This document shows positions 32,414 through 42,347 of a DNA stretch of 45,616 nucleotides, in pieces. The DNA is from an uncultured Anaerolineaceae bacterium (lineage in GTDB: Bacteria; Chloroflexota; Anaerolineae; UBA4142). Each line of letters opens with the position of its first letter. Within the stretch, counting starts at the first letter, position 1. Location: contig CAZPIR010000001.1 of assembly GCA_964586085.1 (NCBI GenBank), forward strand, positions 15,676 to 61,291. Direction: 5' to 3'. The notes below the pieces were generated by a model, which had not been told where the DNA came from, made no database searches, and was given only the letters and a program-made list of their open reading frames with translations. The position numbers were made by a program, and so were the translations under genes.

Positions 32414-34519
32414 ATGATGAAAAACGATTCGACAAACCCGGCGGAGAGTGACGAGCATTCCTCTGCATCGGATATCGGCACATCCGAAAAACTCAACCCG
32501 GATTTAACCATCTCCGAAGTGCGGCGGGGGCGGCGTCCCGGCGATGTGTATATTCGCAAAGCGCATTTGCATGAACGGTTTCTACACTGGGTCGGGCCCG
32601 GTCATTTTGTGGCGACGCCGGAATCTGACCGCCCATCAAGCACGGTCGAAAAAAGTTATCGCGCCGTTAAAAAAGTTTTGATCGGGCATCCGCTCGAAAG
32701 CTCCGAAGAGATTCATCAACGCTTGAACAAACTCAAAGCGCTCGCGGTGTTTGGATCGGATGCGATCTCGTCGTCCGCGTACGCGACCGAAGCATCGCTC
32801 GTGATTTTGATGGGCGCGGGCAACGCGGCGCTCGGCATTTCAGTTTACACCGCGCTCGCCATCGCGCTCTTGCTTTCGATGGTTGCATTCTCGTACCGAC
32901 AAACGGTGTACGCGTACCCGCACGGCGGCGGCTCGTACAACGTGAGCCGCGAAAACTTGGGACAAATCCCGGGACTCGTCGCCGCGTCCGCGTTGTTGAT
33001 TGATTATATCTTGACCGTGGCGGTGTCCATCGTTGCCGGATCGGACGCGGTGATTTCCGCGCTCCTCGCTTCCGGCTACGCCGAGCAAATCAAAGCCATC
33101 GAAGCAACCTTGCCGGTATTTTTGAATCTCAATGTGATCCTGAGTTTGTTTTTTATCGGCTTGATTACGCTCGGCAACCTGCGCGGCATTCGTGAATCGG
33201 GAAGTATCTTTGCAATTCCGACGTACGTGTTCATCGTCAGCTTGAGTGTTATGCTTGTTGTCGGCATGGTCAAATGGTTTACCGGCACCTTGACGCCGAC
33301 GACCGCACCGCCGTTATTGCACGTAACCGAGCCACTTTCAATCTGGTTGATTTTGCGCGCGTTCAGCGCCGGCACAGTCGCGATGAGCGGCACGGAAGCG
33401 ATTTCGAACGGCGTGCCTATCTTTCAAAAACCGGAATCAAAAAACGCGGCGGCGACCTTGACCGTGATGGCGACGATGCTGGGCGTTTTCTTCCTGGGTT
33501 TGTCGTTCCTGGCAACGCACCTCGGCGTGGTGCCCGGCGATGAAACAATCATCTCCCAGGTCGCGCAAGCGGTGTTTGGGATTGGCGTGCCGTACTATAT
33601 TTTCCAAATCGCCACGACCGGCATTTTGGTCATTGCCGCGAACACAGCGTTTGCCGATTTTCCGCGTCTCGCTTCGATTCTCGCGCGCGATAATTTTATG
33701 CCGCACCAATTCTTGTTTCGCGGCGACCGTCTCGCGTTTTCAACCGGCATTGGCGCGCTCGGCGCGGTTGCGGCTTTGTTGGTCGTCGTGTTCCAGGGCA
33801 ATGTCGAAAACCTGATTCACCTATACGCGGTTGGCGTGTTTCTCGCATTCAGTATGTCGAGTTCGGGCATGGTGGTGCACTGGTGGAAAACGCGTGGACC
33901 GCATTGGCAACAAAGCATCGCGATCAACGGCGCGAACGCGGTGTTGACAACCGGCGTTCTGGCGATCATTGCCATTACCAAATTTGCTTTGGGCGCGTGG
34001 ATCGTCATCGTCCTGATCCCAATGTTTGTCGCGTTCTTTCTTTTTGTGTATCGGCACTATTCACACATCGCGCAACAATTGCGCATCGTCCCAGGTCGCT
34101 TGCCGCCGAGCACCGTCGAGCAATTGGTGCTCGTGCCAGTGGACGACATTAACAACGCTTCGCTCCGCGCGATTTCGTTCGCGCGCACGATTGGACGCAA
34201 CGCGGTCGTCCTACACATTTCGACGAACGTCGAGCGCGCGGACAAGGTGCGCCTCAAAGCGGAGCAGTACGCACCCGACCTGAAATTTGTCGTGATTGAT
34301 TCGCCGTACCGCGCATTCGTGCGCCCCCTGCTCGCGTACGTGAATGCCGTACACAGCCAACAACCTGATGCGTTCGTCACGATTGTCCTGCCGGAATTTA
34401 TCACCGCGCATTGGTGGGAAGGGTTTTTGCACAATCGCACGGCGAGTCGCTTGCGCGACACTTTTGAGAAACATCCCAACGTGGCGGTTGTGCTTGTGCC
34501 GCATCTGTTGGAAAAATAA
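32414..34519 (+). CDS. kimA: KimA-family (APC superfamily) K+ uptake transporter with a C-terminal cytoplasmic domain
   Basis: From memory of B. subtilis KimA, these blocks match: LIGHPLESSEEIHQRLNKLKALAVFGSDAISSSAYATE, SYRQTVYAYPHGGGSYNVSRENLG, LIDYILTVAVSI, and the C-terminal LPEFITAHWWEGFLHNRTA. The start is set at ATGATG 32414 (AAAGG RBS), leaving an extension of about 110 aa relative to KimA. Confidence 0.8.
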   Translation: MMKNDSTNPAESDEHSSASDIGTSEKLNPDLTISEVRRGRRPGDVYIRKAHLHERFLHWVGPGHFVATPESDRPSSTVEKSYRAVKKVLIGHPLESSEEIHQRLNKLKALAVFGSDAISSSAYATEASLVILMGAGNAALGISVYTALAIALLLSMVAFSYRQTVYAYPHGGGSYNVSRENLGQIPGLVAASALLIDYILTVAVSIVAGSDAVISALLASGYAEQIKAIEATLPVFLNLNVILSLFFIGLITLGNLRGIRESGSIFAIPTYVFIVSLSVMLVVGMVKWFTGTLTPTTAPPLLHVTEPLSIWLILRAFSAGTVAMSGTEAISNGVPIFQKPESKNAAATLTVMATMLGVFFLGLSFLATHLGVVPGDETIISQVAQAVFGIGVPYYIFQIATTGILVIAANTAFADFPRLASILARDNFMPHQFLFRGDRLAFSTGIGALGAVAALLVVVFQGNVENLIHLYAVGVFLAFSMSSSGMVVHWWKTRGPHWQQSIAINGANAVLTTGVLAIIAITKFALGAWIVIVLIPMFVAFFLFVYRHYSHIAQQLRIVPGRLPPSTVEQLVLVPVDDINNASLRAISFARTIGRNAVVLHISTNVERADKVRLKAEQYAPDLKFVVIDSPYRAFVRPLLAYVNAVHSQQPDAFVTIVLPEFITAHWWEGFLHNRTASRLRDTFEKHPNVAVVLVPHLLEK

Positions 34520-34538
34520 TTTTGCCTGAGCCTGTTCA

Positions 34539-34577
34539 AACGCGGCACGACGCCAGTCATTGCCGCGTTTTCTTTTT
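34539..34577 (+). terminator. Intrinsic terminator after the KimA-like gene
   Basis: AACGCGGCA / TGCCGCGTT stem (13-nt loop) followed by TTTTCTTTTT. Confidence 0.75.
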
Positions 34578-34581
34578 CACC

Positions 34582-34650
34582 ATCTTTATCTCGTCTTTAT
34601 GCGCACGCGCGCGATCTTTACTCCCACGTTATACACTTTGGTTTTAGAAT
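34582..34650 (+). promoter_or_regulatory. Candidate KdpE binding site + promoter of the kdp operon
   Basis: ATCTTTAT at 34582, GTCTTTAT at 34593 and ATCTTTAC at 34614 (start spacing 11 and 21 nt). GCGC follows repeat 2. TATACA at 34630 and TAGAAT at 34645 are -10 candidates. No -35 box is recognisable. Confidence 0.65.
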
Positions 34651-34666
34651 CGAACCAGGAGCAACG

Positions 34667-34753
34667 ATGGATATTGTATTTGTCGGTCTCACGTTTGCAT
34701 TTTTTGCGGGTGCATGGGCGTTCGTCAAACTGTGTGGACGCTTGGAGGTCTAG
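34667..34753 (+). CDS. 28-aa hydrophobic peptide, first ORF of the kdp operon (too short for the ORF track)
   Basis: AGGAG RBS 5 nt before the ATG at 34667. It encodes [28 protein letters not shown]. Its TAG stop directly abuts the kdpF ATG. Confidence 0.6.
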   Translation: MDIVFVGLTFAFFAGAWAFVKLCGRLEV

Positions 34754-34846
34754 ATGAACTGGGTCTATCTCCTTGGTGGCATCGTCGCGCTCGTTCTATT
34801 CGTTTATTTGATTGTCGCATTGTTGAAACCAGAGGCATTCTCATGA
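34754..34846 (+). CDS. kdpF: K+-transporting ATPase subunit F
   Basis: [38 protein letters not shown] ends with the KdpF-like ALL.PE.F motif. ATGA overlap with kdpA. Confidence 0.85.
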   Translation: MNWVYLLGGIVALVLFVYLIVALLKPEAFS

Positions 34847-36567
34847 CACTGAATGGGTTTTTACAAATCGGTTTGTATCTCGCCCTGGTTATTGCGCTGA
34901 CCAAGCCGCTTGGTTGGTACATGGCACGCGTGTATCAGGGCGAATCCACCTGGCTCGATCCGGTTCTGCGCCCGGTCGAACGCATCCTGTATCGCTTGCT
35001 CGGTGTGCGCGCGCACGACGAGATGGATTGGAAAACGTACGCGGTTGCTTTGTTGCTGTTCAGTCTGGTCGGCTTGTTTTTCGTTTACGCCTTGCAACGT
35101 TTGCAAAATATTCTGCCGTTCAATCCGCAAGCGCTCGATGCGGTTGCGCCGGACACGTCGTTCAACACCGCCGTCAGTTTTACGACGAACACGAACTGGC
35201 AAAGTTACGCCGGCGAAACGACGATGAGTTACCTGACTCAGATGCTGGGTCTGACGGTAAAAAATTTTGTCTCTGCCGCCGCCGGCATGGCGGTGCTCGT
35301 CGCGTTCATTCGCGGCTTGACGCGCCACAACTCGCCGACGATTGGCAATTTTTGGGTAGACCTGACGCGCGGCACGCTGTACATTTTGTTGCCCTTGTCC
35401 TTGATCGTTGCCTTGCTTCTCGTTTCGCAAGGCGTTGTGCAAACATTCAATCCTTATCCAAGCGTGTCGCTCGTGCAACCCACACTCGATGCGAATGGCA
35501 AAATCATCACCGAGCAACTAGTCGCGGTCGGTCCTGCCGCATCGCAAATTGCGATTAAACAGGTGGGCACGAATGGCGGCGGATTTTTCAACGCGAACTC
35601 GGCGCACCCATTCGAGAATCCCACGCCGTTGTCGAACTTGATCGAGATGGTTTTGATTCTTTTGATTCCCGCCGCGCTTTGTTACACGTTCGGCAAAATG
35701 GTCGGCGACACGCGACAGGGTTGGGCATTGCTCGCGGCGATGCTCATCGTTTTGGTCGTGGCGATTGCCGGTGCGTATGCCGCCGAGTCGGCTGGCAATC
35801 CGCGCTTGTCACAAAATATTGATCAAGCCGGCGGCAACCTGGAAGGCAAAGAAGTCCGGCACGGCATCGCCAACTCGGCACTGTGGGCAGTGGCGACAAC
35901 CGCAACCTCGAGCGGTTCGGTCAACTCGATGCACGATTCGTACACGCCGCTCGGTGGACTTGTGCCGCTCGCGATGATGCAATTTGGCGAAGTGATTTTT
36001 GGCGGCGTCGGTTCAGGATTGTATGGCATGTTGACCTTTGTGATTGTCGCCGTGTTTGTCGCCGGGTTGATGGTCGGACGCACGCCGGAATATCTCGGCA
36101 AAAAAATTGAAGCGTACGAGATGAAAATGGCGTCGCTTGTGATTTTGATCATGCCGCTCGTCGTTCTATCGTTCACCGCTCTCGCCGTCGTGCTCGATGC
36201 CGGCACAGCGAGCATTTTGAATCCGGGCGCGCACGGCTTGAGCGAAATTCTGTACGCGTTCACGTCGCAGGGCAACAACAACGGCAGTGCGTTTGCCGGC
36301 TTGAACGCCAACACACCGTTCTACAACACGCTTGGCGCGATTGCCATGCTGTTCGGACGATTCTGGATCAAGATTCCAACGCTCGCGATTGCCGGCGCGC
36401 TCGCGCGCAAGAAAAAAATTCCAGCAACCGCCGGCACCTTGCCAACGCACACGCCCTTGTTTGTCGCGTGGCTGATTGCAGTTGTGGTGATTGTCGGCGC
36501 ACTGGCATTTTTCCCGGTGGACGCACTTGGACCCATCGTCGAACATTTGCAAATGATCGCGCCGTGA
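34843..36567 (+). CDS. kdpA: K+-transporting ATPase subunit A
   Basis: [32 protein letters not shown]-terminus. NTNWQSY and GTNGGGFF selectivity-filter-like motifs. The start is set at 34843. Confidence 0.95.
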   Translation: MTLNGFLQIGLYLALVIALTKPLGWYMARVYQGESTWLDPVLRPVERILYRLLGVRAHDEMDWKTYAVALLLFSLVGLFFVYALQRLQNILPFNPQALDAVAPDTSFNTAVSFTTNTNWQSYAGETTMSYLTQMLGLTVKNFVSAAAGMAVLVAFIRGLTRHNSPTIGNFWVDLTRGTLYILLPLSLIVALLLVSQGVVQTFNPYPSVSLVQPTLDANGKIITEQLVAVGPAASQIAIKQVGTNGGGFFNANSAHPFENPTPLSNLIEMVLILLIPAALCYTFGKMVGDTRQGWALLAAMLIVLVVAIAGAYAAESAGNPRLSQNIDQAGGNLEGKEVRHGIANSALWAVATTATSSGSVNSMHDSYTPLGGLVPLAMMQFGEVIFGGVGSGLYGMLTFVIVAVFVAGLMVGRTPEYLGKKIEAYEMKMASLVILIMPLVVLSFTALAVVLDAGTASILNPGAHGLSEILYAFTSQGNNNGSAFAGLNANTPFYNTLGAIAMLFGRFWIKIPTLAIAGALARKKKIPATAGTLPTHTPLFVAWLIAVVVIVGALAFFPVDALGPIVEHLQMIAP

Positions 36568-36576
36568 GGTGTTGAT

Positions 36577-38676
36577 ATGGCTACCGAAAATAAAAACCGC
36601 CCCCTGTTTGATCCGCCGATTATGCGGCGCGCAATCCTGGATTCGTTTCGCAAACTCGATCCGCGTCATCAAATTCGCAACCCGGTCATGTTTGTCGTCG
36701 AAGTCGGGAGCGTGTTGACGACCTTGCTTTTCGTACAAGCATTGTTTGGTCAGGGCGAAGCATCGGCTGGATTTATTTTTGCGATTGCGACCTGGTTGTG
36801 GTTCACGGTGCTCTTTGCGAATTTCGCCGAAGCGATGGCAGAGGGTCGCGGCAAAGCGCAAGCCGATACGTTGCGCCGTGCGCGGCGTGACATCACCGCC
36901 AAAAAATTGACCGACGACGGAAAACGCAAGACAAAAGAGAACGGCTCTGCGTCCGAACGTTACTCGTTGGTATCGGCGGCATCACTTTATCAAGGCGACC
37001 TGGTTCTCGTCGAGACCGGCGATTTTATTCCGGGTGATGGCGAAGTCACTCAAGGTGTCGCATCGGTGGATGAGAGCGCGATCACCGGCGAAAGCGCGCC
37101 GGTCATTCGCGAAAGCGGCGGCGACCGGAACGCCGTGACCGGCGGCACGCGCGTCATCTCCGACTGGCTCGTCGTTCGCATCACGACAAATCCCGGCGAA
37201 ACGTTTCTCGACCGGATGATCGCGATGGTCGAAGGCGCGAAACGCCAAAAGACGCCAAACGAAATCGCGCTCGACATTTTACTTGCCGCGTTGACAATTA
37301 TTTTTTTGCTCGTGTGTGTCACGCTTTTGCCGTTTTCGCTTTACAGCGTTTCAGCGGCAGGACAAGGCGTACCCGTAACCGTGACCGTGCTCGTGGCTTT
37401 GCTCGTCTGTCTCATCCCAACGACGATTGGCGGTCTGCTTTCCGCGATTGGCATCGCCGGCATGGATCGCATGATTCAGGCGAATGTCATTGCGATGTCT
37501 GGGCGCGCGGTCGAAGCCGCCGGCGATGTGGATGTGCTTTTGCTCGACAAAACCGGGACGATCACGCTCGGCAATCGTCAAGCGACGGCGCTTGTGCCGG
37601 CGGCCGGCGTGAACGAGCGAGAACTCGCGGACGCGGCGCAGATCGCTTCGCTTGCGGATGAAACACCGGAGGGGCGGAGCATCGTCGTCCTTGCGAAAGA
37701 AAAATATCAACTGCGCGAACGCAACATCAAGGAAATCGGCGCGACCTTTATTCCATTCACGGCGCAAACCCGGATGAGCGGCGTTGATTTTGATCACCGC
37801 GAAATTCGCAAAGGCGCGGCGGACGCGATTGAATTGTTTGTGCAACACAAGGGCGGACAATTTCCGGATTCGGTGCGCGCTTCAGTGGATGCAATTGCAA
37901 AACAAGGCGGCACGCCGCTCGTCGTCGCCGATAACACGCGCGTCCTGGGTGTGATTCAGTTAAAGGACATTATCAAGGGCGGCATCAAGGAACGCTTTGG
38001 CGAACTGCGGCGCATGGGCATCAAGACTGTGATGATTACCGGCGATAATCCCTTGACTGCCGCCGCAATTGCCGCCGAAGCCGGTGTGGATGATTTTCTC
38101 GCGCAAGCCACACCCGAAACCAAATTAAAATTGATTCGGGATTATCAAACTGGTGGGCGACTCGTCGCAATGACCGGCGATGGCACGAACGATGCGCCCG
38201 CGCTCGCGCAAGCCGATGTGGCGGTGGCGATGAACAGCGGCACGCAAGCCGCAAAAGAAGCCGGCAACCTGGTTGATCTGGATTCCAACCCGACCAAATT
38301 GTTGGAGATTGTCGAAATCGGCAAACAACTTTTGATGACACGCGGCGCGTTGACGACGTTCAGCATCGCCAACGATGTGTCGAAATATTTTGCGATTATT
38401 CCGGCGGCATTTGCGAGCACATATCCACAACTCGGCGCGCTGAACATTATGGGATTAGCCACACCATCCAGTGCAATTTTGTCGGCGGTGATTTTTAACG
38501 CGCTCATCATCATTGCGTTGATTCCGCTTGCGCTACGCGGCGTCAAATATCAAGCCGTCGGCGCGGCAACGCTTTTACGCAACAACCTGCTTGTTTATGG
38601 TCTCGGCGGGTTGATTGCGCCGTTCATCGGCATCAAATTGATTGATTTACTTTTGGTCATACTACATTTGGTTTAG
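36577..38676 (+). CDS. kdpB: K+-transporting ATPase subunit B (P-type ATPase)
   Basis: Phosphorylation site [13 protein letters not shown], plus [10 protein letters not shown] and [17 protein letters not shown]. Confidence 0.97.
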   Translation: MATENKNRPLFDPPIMRRAILDSFRKLDPRHQIRNPVMFVVEVGSVLTTLLFVQALFGQGEASAGFIFAIATWLWFTVLFANFAEAMAEGRGKAQADTLRRARRDITAKKLTDDGKRKTKENGSASERYSLVSAASLYQGDLVLVETGDFIPGDGEVTQGVASVDESAITGESAPVIRESGGDRNAVTGGTRVISDWLVVRITTNPGETFLDRMIAMVEGAKRQKTPNEIALDILLAALTIIFLLVCVTLLPFSLYSVSAAGQGVPVTVTVLVALLVCLIPTTIGGLLSAIGIAGMDRMIQANVIAMSGRAVEAAGDVDVLLLDKTGTITLGNRQATALVPAAGVNERELADAAQIASLADETPEGRSIVVLAKEKYQLRERNIKEIGATFIPFTAQTRMSGVDFDHREIRKGAADAIELFVQHKGGQFPDSVRASVDAIAKQGGTPLVVADNTRVLGVIQLKDIIKGGIKERFGELRRMGIKTVMITGDNPLTAAAIAAEAGVDDFLAQATPETKLKLIRDYQTGGRLVAMTGDGTNDAPALAQADVAVAMNSGTQAAKEAGNLVDLDSNPTKLLEIVEIGKQLLMTRGALTTFSIANDVSKYFAIIPAAFASTYPQLGALNIMGLATPSSAILSAVIFNALIIIALIPLALRGVKYQAVGAATLLRNNLLVYGLGGLIAPFIGIKLIDLLLVILHLV

Positions 38677-38685
38677 GAGGATTCC

Positions 38686-39030
38686 GTGGCTAAGCAAAAA
38701 CGTAAACCATCCTGGTGGATTCCACTCGCGCTCTTGTTCATGATGCTGGCTCTGCTCATTTTGTTGGGGCGCGATGGCTTACCTGACTGGGCAAATGAAA
38801 CCGCCGGCATCGGCATCGTCTTGATGCTTTTTGCCGGCACGGCACTGTGGTTTCGTTTGAGTATGCCTTTGTTTTTGGACGAAGAGTTGGAACAAGCCAA
38901 GCACGAAGAAATCAAAATCGAAGAGTACTTGCCGGGGCAACCGCTCACACGTCCAATCGGTGACGACAAGTCCGTTGCGGTCAGTCCCGATTTGTCTCAG
39001 GTCAACACCTTTGGTCGCTTTCGGAATTGA
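38686..39030 (+). CDS. 114-aa two-TM protein inserted between kdpB and kdpC
   Basis: GGAGG RBS 5 nt before the GTG at 38686. Helices [19 protein letters not shown] and [18 protein letters not shown], followed by an acidic tail ([17 protein letters not shown]). Confidence 0.7.
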   Translation: MAKQKRKPSWWIPLALLFMMLALLILLGRDGLPDWANETAGIGIVLMLFAGTALWFRLSMPLFLDEELEQAKHEEIKIEEYLPGQPLTRPIGDDKSVAVSPDLSQVNTFGRFRN

Positions 39031-39044
39031 ACACGAGGAAAAAC

Positions 39045-39626
39045 ATGTTGGCGCAACTACGCCCTGCGCTTGTCGCGTACCTGGTCTTGACGATTTTGAC
39101 TGGCTTGCTCTATCCGCTGGCAGTCACCGGCATCGCGCAAATTATTTTTCCACAGCAAGCCAATGGCAGTTTGATTTTCAAAGACGACAAGCCCATTGGC
39201 TCGATGCTGGTCGGGCAACCATTCGATGATCCAAAATATTTTTGGGGACGACCATCGGCAACCTCGCTCGTTCCGTACAATGCCGCCGCTTCATCCGGCT
39301 CAAACCTGGGTCCAACCAATCCGGCGTTACTCGATGCCGTGCAAGCGCGCATCGCCGCGTTGCATCAAGCCGACCCCGGCAACCTCTCAAAAATTCCGGT
39401 GGACTTGGTCACTGCCTCGGCGAGTGGGCTTGACCCGCACATCAGTCCCGCCGCCGCCGAGTATCAAGTTGCGCGCGTCGCGCGAGCGCGCGGCGTCAGC
39501 GAAGGTAAAATTCGCGCGCTCGTTGTGCAGAACACGCAAGGTCGTTGGCTCAGTCTCATTGGCGAACCGCGTGTAAATGTGCTAGAATTGAATCTGGATT
39601 TGAATGCCCTAGTCGGTAGTCCGTAG
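39045..39626 (+). CDS. kdpC: K+-transporting ATPase subunit C
   Basis: GAGGA RBS before the ATG at 39045. N-terminal anchor [21 protein letters not shown], plus [13 protein letters not shown] and LNLALD-like motifs. Confidence 0.92.
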   Translation: MLAQLRPALVAYLVLTILTGLLYPLAVTGIAQIIFPQQANGSLIFKDDKPIGSMLVGQPFDDPKYFWGRPSATSLVPYNAAASSGSNLGPTNPALLDAVQARIAALHQADPGNLSKIPVDLVTASASGLDPHISPAAAEYQVARVARARGVSEGKIRALVVQNTQGRWLSLIGEPRVNVLELNLDLNALVGSP

Positions 39627-39678
39627 TCAGATCTCAGATTTTTCTGACTACGGACATCTGACGACTGACGACTGCCTA
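39610..39678 (+). repeat. 7-nt-period repeat array forming a long hairpin: (TAGTCnG)x3, 13-nt loop, (CTGACnA-like)x5, ending at the kdpD ATG
   Basis: TAGTCGG, TAGTCCG and TAGTCAG occupy 39610-39630. The perfect 12-bp arms GTCCGTAGTCAG / CTGACTACGGAC are at 39619-30 and 39644-55. CTGACTA, CGGACAT, CTGACGA, CTGACGA and CTGCCTA occupy 39644-39678. The kdpC stop codon lies inside the left arm. Confidence 0.85.
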
Positions 39679-42347
39679 TGCAAGACCAACGACCTGACCC
39701 CGATCAACTGCTCGCGCAGATTCAAAAAGATCAAGCGCAACAACAACGCGGCAAACTGAAAATCTTTTTCGGTCCCGTTGCCGGCGTCGGCAAAACGTAC
39801 GCGATGCTCGAAGCCGCGCATGCGCAACGCGCCCAAGGCGTAGACGTTGTCGTCGGTTACATCGAAACGCATGGGCGCGCGGAAACCGAAACGCTCGTCG
39901 CCGGATTGGAAACGATTCCCCCACGCGTTGTCGAATATCGCGGCGCGCATTTGCGCGAGTTGGATTTGGACGCCGCGCTCGCACGCAAGCCCGCCTTGAT
40001 CCTGGTGGACGAACTTGCGCACACGAACGCGCCCGGTTCGCGCCACGCGAAACGCTGGCAGGATGTCGAAGAGTTGACGAACGCTGGCATCAGCGTTTAC
40101 ACCACGGTCAACGTGCAACACCTCGCCAGTCTCAACGACATTGTTGAGCAAATCACCGGCGTGGTCGTCCGCGAAACGATTCCCGATGCCGTCCTCGAAC
40201 ATGCCGACGAAGTGGAAATGATTGACCTTGCGCCGGACGATTTATTGCAACGTCTGCGCGAAGGCAAAGTGTACATTCCTCAGCAAGCCGAGCGCGCGCT
40301 CCAGCATTTTTTCCGCAAGGGCAACTTGATGGCATTGCGCGAACTCGCCTTGCGCCGCACCGCCGATCGCGTGGACGACCTCGTGCAAGATTACATGCAC
40401 GACCATGCGATTGATCACGCGTGGCCCGTCAACGAACGGTTGCTGGTCAGCATTGGCTCTAGCCCACACGCGGCGCAACTTTTGCGTGCGGCGAGCCGCA
40501 TGGCGCAAGCACTGCGCGCCGAATGGCTCGCGGTGTATGTCGAAACACCGGAACACACGTCACTCTCGCAACGGGTGCGTGACCAAATCGTGCAAAATCT
40601 CCGGCTCGCCGAAGAACTGGGCGCGCTCACCTTCACGCTCGTCGGGCACAACACGAGCGACGAACTGCTTCGCTTTGCGCACGAGCACAACGTCACAAAA
40701 ATCGTGGTGGGCAAACCGCGGCGCCCGCGCTGGCATTCGATTTTGTTCAGTACCGTCGTGCAAGACCTGGTTCGCAAAAGCGGCGACATTGATGTGTACG
40801 TCATCACGGACTCGGGCGAGCCGGTCAAAACCAGGTCGCGCGCCGGTGAACCAGGACAAATTCGATGGCGACGCTATTTCGGCGCCATCGTCATCGTGGG
40901 ATTGTGCACCGTGCTCGGCGCCTTGCTTTCGCGCATGGTAGGCGAAGCAAACCTCGTGATGCTATTTTTGCTCGGCATTGTTTTTGTCGCGGCGCGTTTC
41001 GGTCTGGGTCCCTCGATCACCGCATCCATGCTCAGCGTTCTGGCATTCGATTTCTTTTTCATCAATCCGCATTTTTCGTTTGCGGTTGCCGATGCGCAGT
41101 ATCTTATCACGTTCGTCGTGATGCTCGTCGTCGCCACAACCATCAGCACCTTGACCGCGCGCTATCAACAATTTGCCGAGGTCGCGCGCGAACGCGAACG
41201 CCGCACCGCCGCGCTCTACGAACTGAGCCGCGAACTCGCCAGCACGTCGAGTCGCGAACGGCTCGCGCACATTGCGACGCAACACATTCATCGCGTGTTC
41301 GATAGCCAGGTCACGATCCTTTTGCCCGACGATGCCAACACGCTTGCGCCCACCCAAACCAGCGCGCCGGCATTTGAACTCGACGCGAAAGAACAAGGGG
41401 TCGCCGAGTGGGTGTTCGCGCACAATCAACCGGCGGGACTGGGCACCGAAACGTTGCCCGGCGCGCGCGCATTGTACTTGTCACTCATCGCCTCGCACAC
41501 AACCATTGGCGTGCTGGGAGTACAACCCAATGACGCCAAACGTTTTCTTGCGCCGGAACAATTTCATTTACTCGAAACATTTGCGAATCAAACTGCACTC
41601 GCGCTCGAACGCGCGCGGCTCGCCGAGCAAGCGCGCCAAGCCCAGGTGCAAATCGAAACCGAACGTTTGCGCAATTCCTTGCTCAGTTCGGTCTCGCACG
41701 ATTTGCGCACACCGCTTGCCGCGATCACCGGCGCATCGAGTACTTTGCTCGACAGCGAAATGGATTTGGACGCTGAGGCGCGGCGCGAACTCGCGCAAAC
41801 GATTTACGACGAAGCCGAGCGTTTGAATCGTTTGATTCGCAACTTGCTCGACATGACCCGCATCGAGTCGGGCGCCATTCGCGTCAAAAAAGAATTGAAC
41901 TCGCTCGAAGAAGTCGTCGGCGCGGCGCTCGCGCGTCTCGACACGCGTCTGCGCGGTCGCACCGTGACTGTGCAACTGCCGGATAATTTGCCGCTCGTGC
42001 CATTCGACAGCGTGCTCGTCGAGCAAGTGCTGATCAATTTACTGGAGAACGCCATCAAGTACACGCCGCTCGCCGCGCCGATTGAAATTGGCGCGACGCT
42101 CCTCGCAGAAAATGTCATCGTGACGATTGCCGATCACGGACCGGGGATTGCGCGCGGCGATGAAGAACGCATCTTTGATAAATTTTACCGCGCCCGTAGC
42201 GTGACGAACGGCGGCGGTGTGGGGCTGGGCTTGACGGTGTGTCGCGGCATCGTGCAGGCGCACGGCGGAAAAATCTGGGTTGAGCCGCGAAGCGAAGGCG
42301 GCACACAATTTCGTTTCACGTTGCCGCTGGAGAAAACGCATGAGTGA
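39678..42347 (+). CDS. kdpD: Sensor histidine kinase KdpD (KdpD N-terminal P-loop domain, Usp, 4 TM, GAF, HisKA, HATPase)
   Basis: GKLKIFFGPVAGVGKTYAML N-terminal domain. H-box SVSHDLRTPLAAI, N-box LLENAIKYT, and G-boxes DHGPGI and GVGLGL. Confidence 0.96.
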   Translation: MQDQRPDPDQLLAQIQKDQAQQQRGKLKIFFGPVAGVGKTYAMLEAAHAQRAQGVDVVVGYIETHGRAETETLVAGLETIPPRVVEYRGAHLRELDLDAALARKPALILVDELAHTNAPGSRHAKRWQDVEELTNAGISVYTTVNVQHLASLNDIVEQITGVVVRETIPDAVLEHADEVEMIDLAPDDLLQRLREGKVYIPQQAERALQHFFRKGNLMALRELALRRTADRVDDLVQDYMHDHAIDHAWPVNERLLVSIGSSPHAAQLLRAASRMAQALRAEWLAVYVETPEHTSLSQRVRDQIVQNLRLAEELGALTFTLVGHNTSDELLRFAHEHNVTKIVVGKPRRPRWHSILFSTVVQDLVRKSGDIDVYVITDSGEPVKTRSRAGEPGQIRWRRYFGAIVIVGLCTVLGALLSRMVGEANLVMLFLLGIVFVAARFGLGPSITASMLSVLAFDFFFINPHFSFAVADAQYLITFVVMLVVATTISTLTARYQQFAEVARERERRTAALYELSRELASTSSRERLAHIATQHIHRVFDSQVTILLPDDANTLAPTQTSAPAFELDAKEQGVAEWVFAHNQPAGLGTETLPGARALYLSLIASHTTIGVLGVQPNDAKRFLAPEQFHLLETFANQTALALERARLAEQARQAQVQIETERLRNSLLSSVSHDLRTPLAAITGASSTLLDSEMDLDAEARRELAQTIYDEAERLNRLIRNLLDMTRIESGAIRVKKELNSLEEVVGAALARLDTRLRGRTVTVQLPDNLPLVPFDSVLVEQVLINLLENAIKYTPLAAPIEIGATLLAENVIVTIADHGPGIARGDEERIFDKFYRARSVTNGGGVGLGLTVCRGIVQAHGGKIWVEPRSEGGTQFRFTLPLEKTHE

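Noticed and set aside
34560-34757. 65-aa ORF spanning the kdp promoter region
   Set aside because: It covers the terminator tail and the promoter repeats, has no RBS, and is basic and low-complexity. The other frame has an RBS-led 28-aa hydrophobic ORF, which I prefer.
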